Notes under the pieces: model-generated
Told to the model about the DNA's origin: nothing
Seen by the model: the letters and a program-made list of their open reading frames with translations, nothing else
The model's database searches: none
Source of the DNA: an uncultured Candidatus Rokubacteria bacterium
GTDB lineage: Bacteria; Methylomirabilota; Methylomirabilia; Rokubacteriales; DASRDR01
Length of the DNA stretch: 64,000 bases
Assembly: GCA_963826115.1 (NCBI GenBank)
Contig: CAWGVS010000012.1
Location: forward strand, 352,001 to 416,000
Direction of reading: 5' to 3'
Part shown: piece after piece, positions 61,588 through 64,000 of the stretch
Position numbering within the stretch: the first letter of the stretch is position 1
Layout: each line of letters starts with the position of its first letter
Translations under genes and position numbers: made by a program

Positions 61588-62751
61588 TCATAGGAGGTAC
61601 CGCTCGGCATGAAGGAGCGCCATCACCTTCTCCTCGGCCCTGAGCCAACCGAACTCCGTCAAACCTCCATCCTGCGAAGCGACGAAGGCCACGGATTCCC
61701 GGATCCGGCAGCAGAATTCCGCTGCCGCACGGTGGCGGGCACCTCCGAGCTCTCGAATCGAGCGCAACACCCCTCCGGCCTTGGCCCGACCCGCCTCGAC
61801 GCAGACGATGTCCCCGATGGCGACTTGACCGGATTGAATCATCGCGCCGAAGGCGTGCAGCCTCAGATCCATGTCGAGCACCGTCGCGCCGTCTACGGCC
61901 GTGACTTGGCCCACCGTGTCCGCGGCATTCTGCAGATGCTCCGATTCAACGAGTGCGTTCACGGCGTATGGGTTCGGGAGCAGGCGATCCAGGGCGTCAC
62001 GGAGACCGCGAAACGGTGGAGAACACTGATACTTCGGCGCATCGCTCAGCGCGTCTCTCCAGTCGGATGTGTCGCTAGGCACCAAGAGGACGATGCCGCC
62101 GTGACCGGTCCGGCGCATCGAGTCCACGACCCGGGTGGTCCAGTAGGCGTTCACGAACCGATCGTCGGCGGGGGTGTCGGCCGGTAGCGCCAGCCGCGTC
62201 AGGCGGACCAGCGTGTCGTAGTCTTCGTCTTCGAGGAAGGTCGCTTCGCCAGCGTGATAGATCATGACGTTGCGAAGCATGCCCTTGACCACCAGGAGCC
62301 CCGGGCCCTTGACGTCGACGCACAACGCGGTGGACGTCATGGGGGTGAGGCCCCAGATCTCGAGTCTCGACGCCCCCTCCGCTCGGATACCAAGGCCGCG
62401 TCGCTCTCGGTGGACGGCCGGAGCCAGCTTCACGACCGCCTCGATGCCCAGCGGTATGGAGTGCTCGAACACCAGATCCTCATCGGTCGAAGGCGCCTGA
62501 AGCAACAGCGGCACGGCGACCGGTCGACCCTCCTCCTGCTGAAGACTCGCCCAGAATGCAGTGTTCAACAGCACGCTGACATGATCGTTCGATGGTATCG
62601 ACACTGGGTGCGTCGCCCTGCGCGGCAGGGTACTGAGTAGCCGCATCAACGTCGACACGGTGCGGGCGTCGCCGGGCAGCCTGCTCGCGAGGCCCACGCG
62701 GGTGAATGCGTCGAGCAATGGGCCATTTGCCTTCTCTTCGCTAAGGGACAC
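61588..62751 (-). CDS. DisA_N/DAC-type dinucleotide cyclase with an N-terminal putative sensor (DACNV-like)
   Basis: AFWASLQQEEGR, HGGIVL, catalytic VDGA and GARHRAA, and ASQDG. Confidence 0.78.
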   Translation of the reverse strand: MSLSEEKANGPLLDAFTRVGLASRLPGDARTVSTLMRLLSTLPRRATHPVSIPSNDHVSVLLNTAFWASLQQEEGRPVAVPLLLQAPSTDEDLVFEHSIPLGIEAVVKLAPAVHRERRGLGIRAEGASRLEIWGLTPMTSTALCVDVKGPGLLVVKGMLRNVMIYHAGEATFLEDEDYDTLVRLTRLALPADTPADDRFVNAYWTTRVVDSMRRTGHGGIVLLVPSDTSDWRDALSDAPKYQCSPPFRGLRDALDRLLPNPYAVNALVESEHLQNAADTVGQVTAVDGATVLDMDLRLHAFGAMIQSGQVAIGDIVCVEAGRAKAGGVLRSIRELGGARHRAAAEFCCRIRESVAFVASQDGGLTEFGWLRAEEKVMALLHAERYLL

Positions 62752-63055
62752 GCGTCCTCCCCCTGACTGATGTCCGTCGGGCTGACCGACTCTCGCGCAG
62801 CACCCTAAGACCGCCCCCGGGCACGGCTCGCTACGCCGGTCGCTCTCACCGAGTGCTCGCCACCGCCCGCTCTCTCCTACCGCCTGAACGCGGGTACGCC
62901 CACGGCCCCGAGGAGGGGCTGCCTAGTCTGAACGCTCGCCGACTCGCATGACCGCGCCATGCCGAGGAGATTCGACCCGCGCCGCGTTCATCGCGCTTCC
63001 CCTCCAGGAGCCGGCCGACCCCGGGGTGTTCTCAGCACCGTGCGGACGCGTCGTC

Positions 63056-63214
63056 CTACCGTCGGTCTCGAGGCAGCTTGACCCACTGGCGCGTCTTGTC
63101 ATCGAAGCGCCACACGTCGCCCGCCTCATCGAGGGCGTAGAGGAGGATCTCGCCACCCTGAACCGACGTGGTGATCTGCACGAACTTCGGGTCTTTCTTG
63201 TTCTCGTCGCGCAT
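63056..63214 (-). CDS. Small hypothetical protein (52 aa)
   Basis: GGGGAG RBS; KFVQI...LYALDEAGDVW. Confidence 0.5.
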   Translation of the reverse strand: MRDENKKDPKFVQITTSVQGGEILLYALDEAGDVWRFDDKTRQWVKLPRDRR

Positions 63215-63637
63215 CTCTACTCCCCGCAGTGCCGTGACCGGCACGCCAAGGGCTCGGAGGTTCATCAAGTGTGGGTGCCCGCGACCAGCGTTCCTAGTCA
63301 CGCTCGTCTCTACAATTCTCTGCGTGAGGCGATTCATGGCCCGGTCGTGGCGCTGCAGCATTCCGGCGAAGTGATCGACCATGGGTCGCAACCATGTCGG
63401 GTTCGCTCCCGCCCCGCCCGACCCTACCGCGCCCCGGCCTCGGGCGCCAGACGGCTTCCCCCGGATCGTGGTAACATTCGTTCGCCTTCCACCGGGCTCC
63501 CCGTGTGACGCTCCGGGCGTCGTGCCCTCTGGCATCTGGCTTGGGTACTCCCAGCCGTTCTGCATTGGCGCTCCGACGCTCGGGGCGCGCCGTGAGGATC
63601 TGCTGATGCCGGATGAATGTCTCCTCCGTGAGCAAGA

Positions 63638-63937
63638 GTGCCGGGCAATCCGCCATGGAACGCTCCCTCACCGGCGCCCGGATCGCTGACCATGCCATCC
63701 GTCTGGCACCCGACGGGCCCTCCGCCGCCGCTCTCGCCGCACGCCGCCGCTGTGGATCGCCTCCGCCGCGCCGTCAACGCGGTCCGGGATGCCCAGGAGA
63801 TGCTGGAGCGCCTGGTGCGCACCGGACCTCTCGCGAAGCGGCCGACCCTGCAGGCGGCCATCGTGGACCTCGAATGGACTGCCGGGGCACTGTCGACCGC
63901 TCTACTCGCGCTCCAGCAGGAACCCGCCGGCTCCTGA
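63638..63937 (+). CDS. Hypothetical helical protein
   Basis: ORF with amphipathic helices; start uncertain. Confidence 0.35.
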   Translation: MPGNPPWNAPSPAPGSLTMPSVWHPTGPPPPLSPHAAAVDRLRRAVNAVRDAQEMLERLVRTGPLAKRPTLQAAIVDLEWTAGALSTALLALQQEPAGS

Positions 63938-64000
63938 TCGGTCGGGCGCCGGGCCCGGCGCTCGCCCCGAAGTCGCCCACGGCATAGTGGCACGGTGGAA

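Noticed and set aside
61110-61590. Small ORFs between GntR and the DAC gene
   Set aside because: No convincing family motifs; possibly decayed remnants.

Overview
Very GC-rich bacterial chromosomal window. The gene repertoire resembles soil Rokubacteria/Methylomirabilota, but that is an inference. It opens with the 3' end of a GMC oxidoreductase and a complete type A RNase P RNA gene (rnpB, about 323-723). The 3' end of rnpB recurs as direct repeats at about 8257 and 12395, each followed by a spacing-conserved motif. These repeats delimit a tandem array of cargo segments with no recognisable integrase: orphan PF04392 binding proteins, a degenerate IS21, MOSC and flavoprotein genes, a methyltransferase, GlsB, a DUF2079-like gene and an IS630-interrupted MDR gene. 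Next come a PqqD/RRE-HPr kinase-like-glycosyltransferase cluster and a hybrid histidine kinase locus. A long catabolic region follows, with three Dpp/Opp ABC systems, a DddP-like M24 enzyme, D-aminoacylase, MlrC, CocE/NonD, a GATase and two homocysteine-methyltransferase-family genes. An isolated tRNA 3' fragment at about 57024 marks the start of a second accessory island of small genes. This island holds a GntR/YtrA regulator with its palindromic operator and a DisA-type (DGA/RHR) nucleotide cyclase. All calls come from reading the sequence and motifs by eye; no database searches were run.
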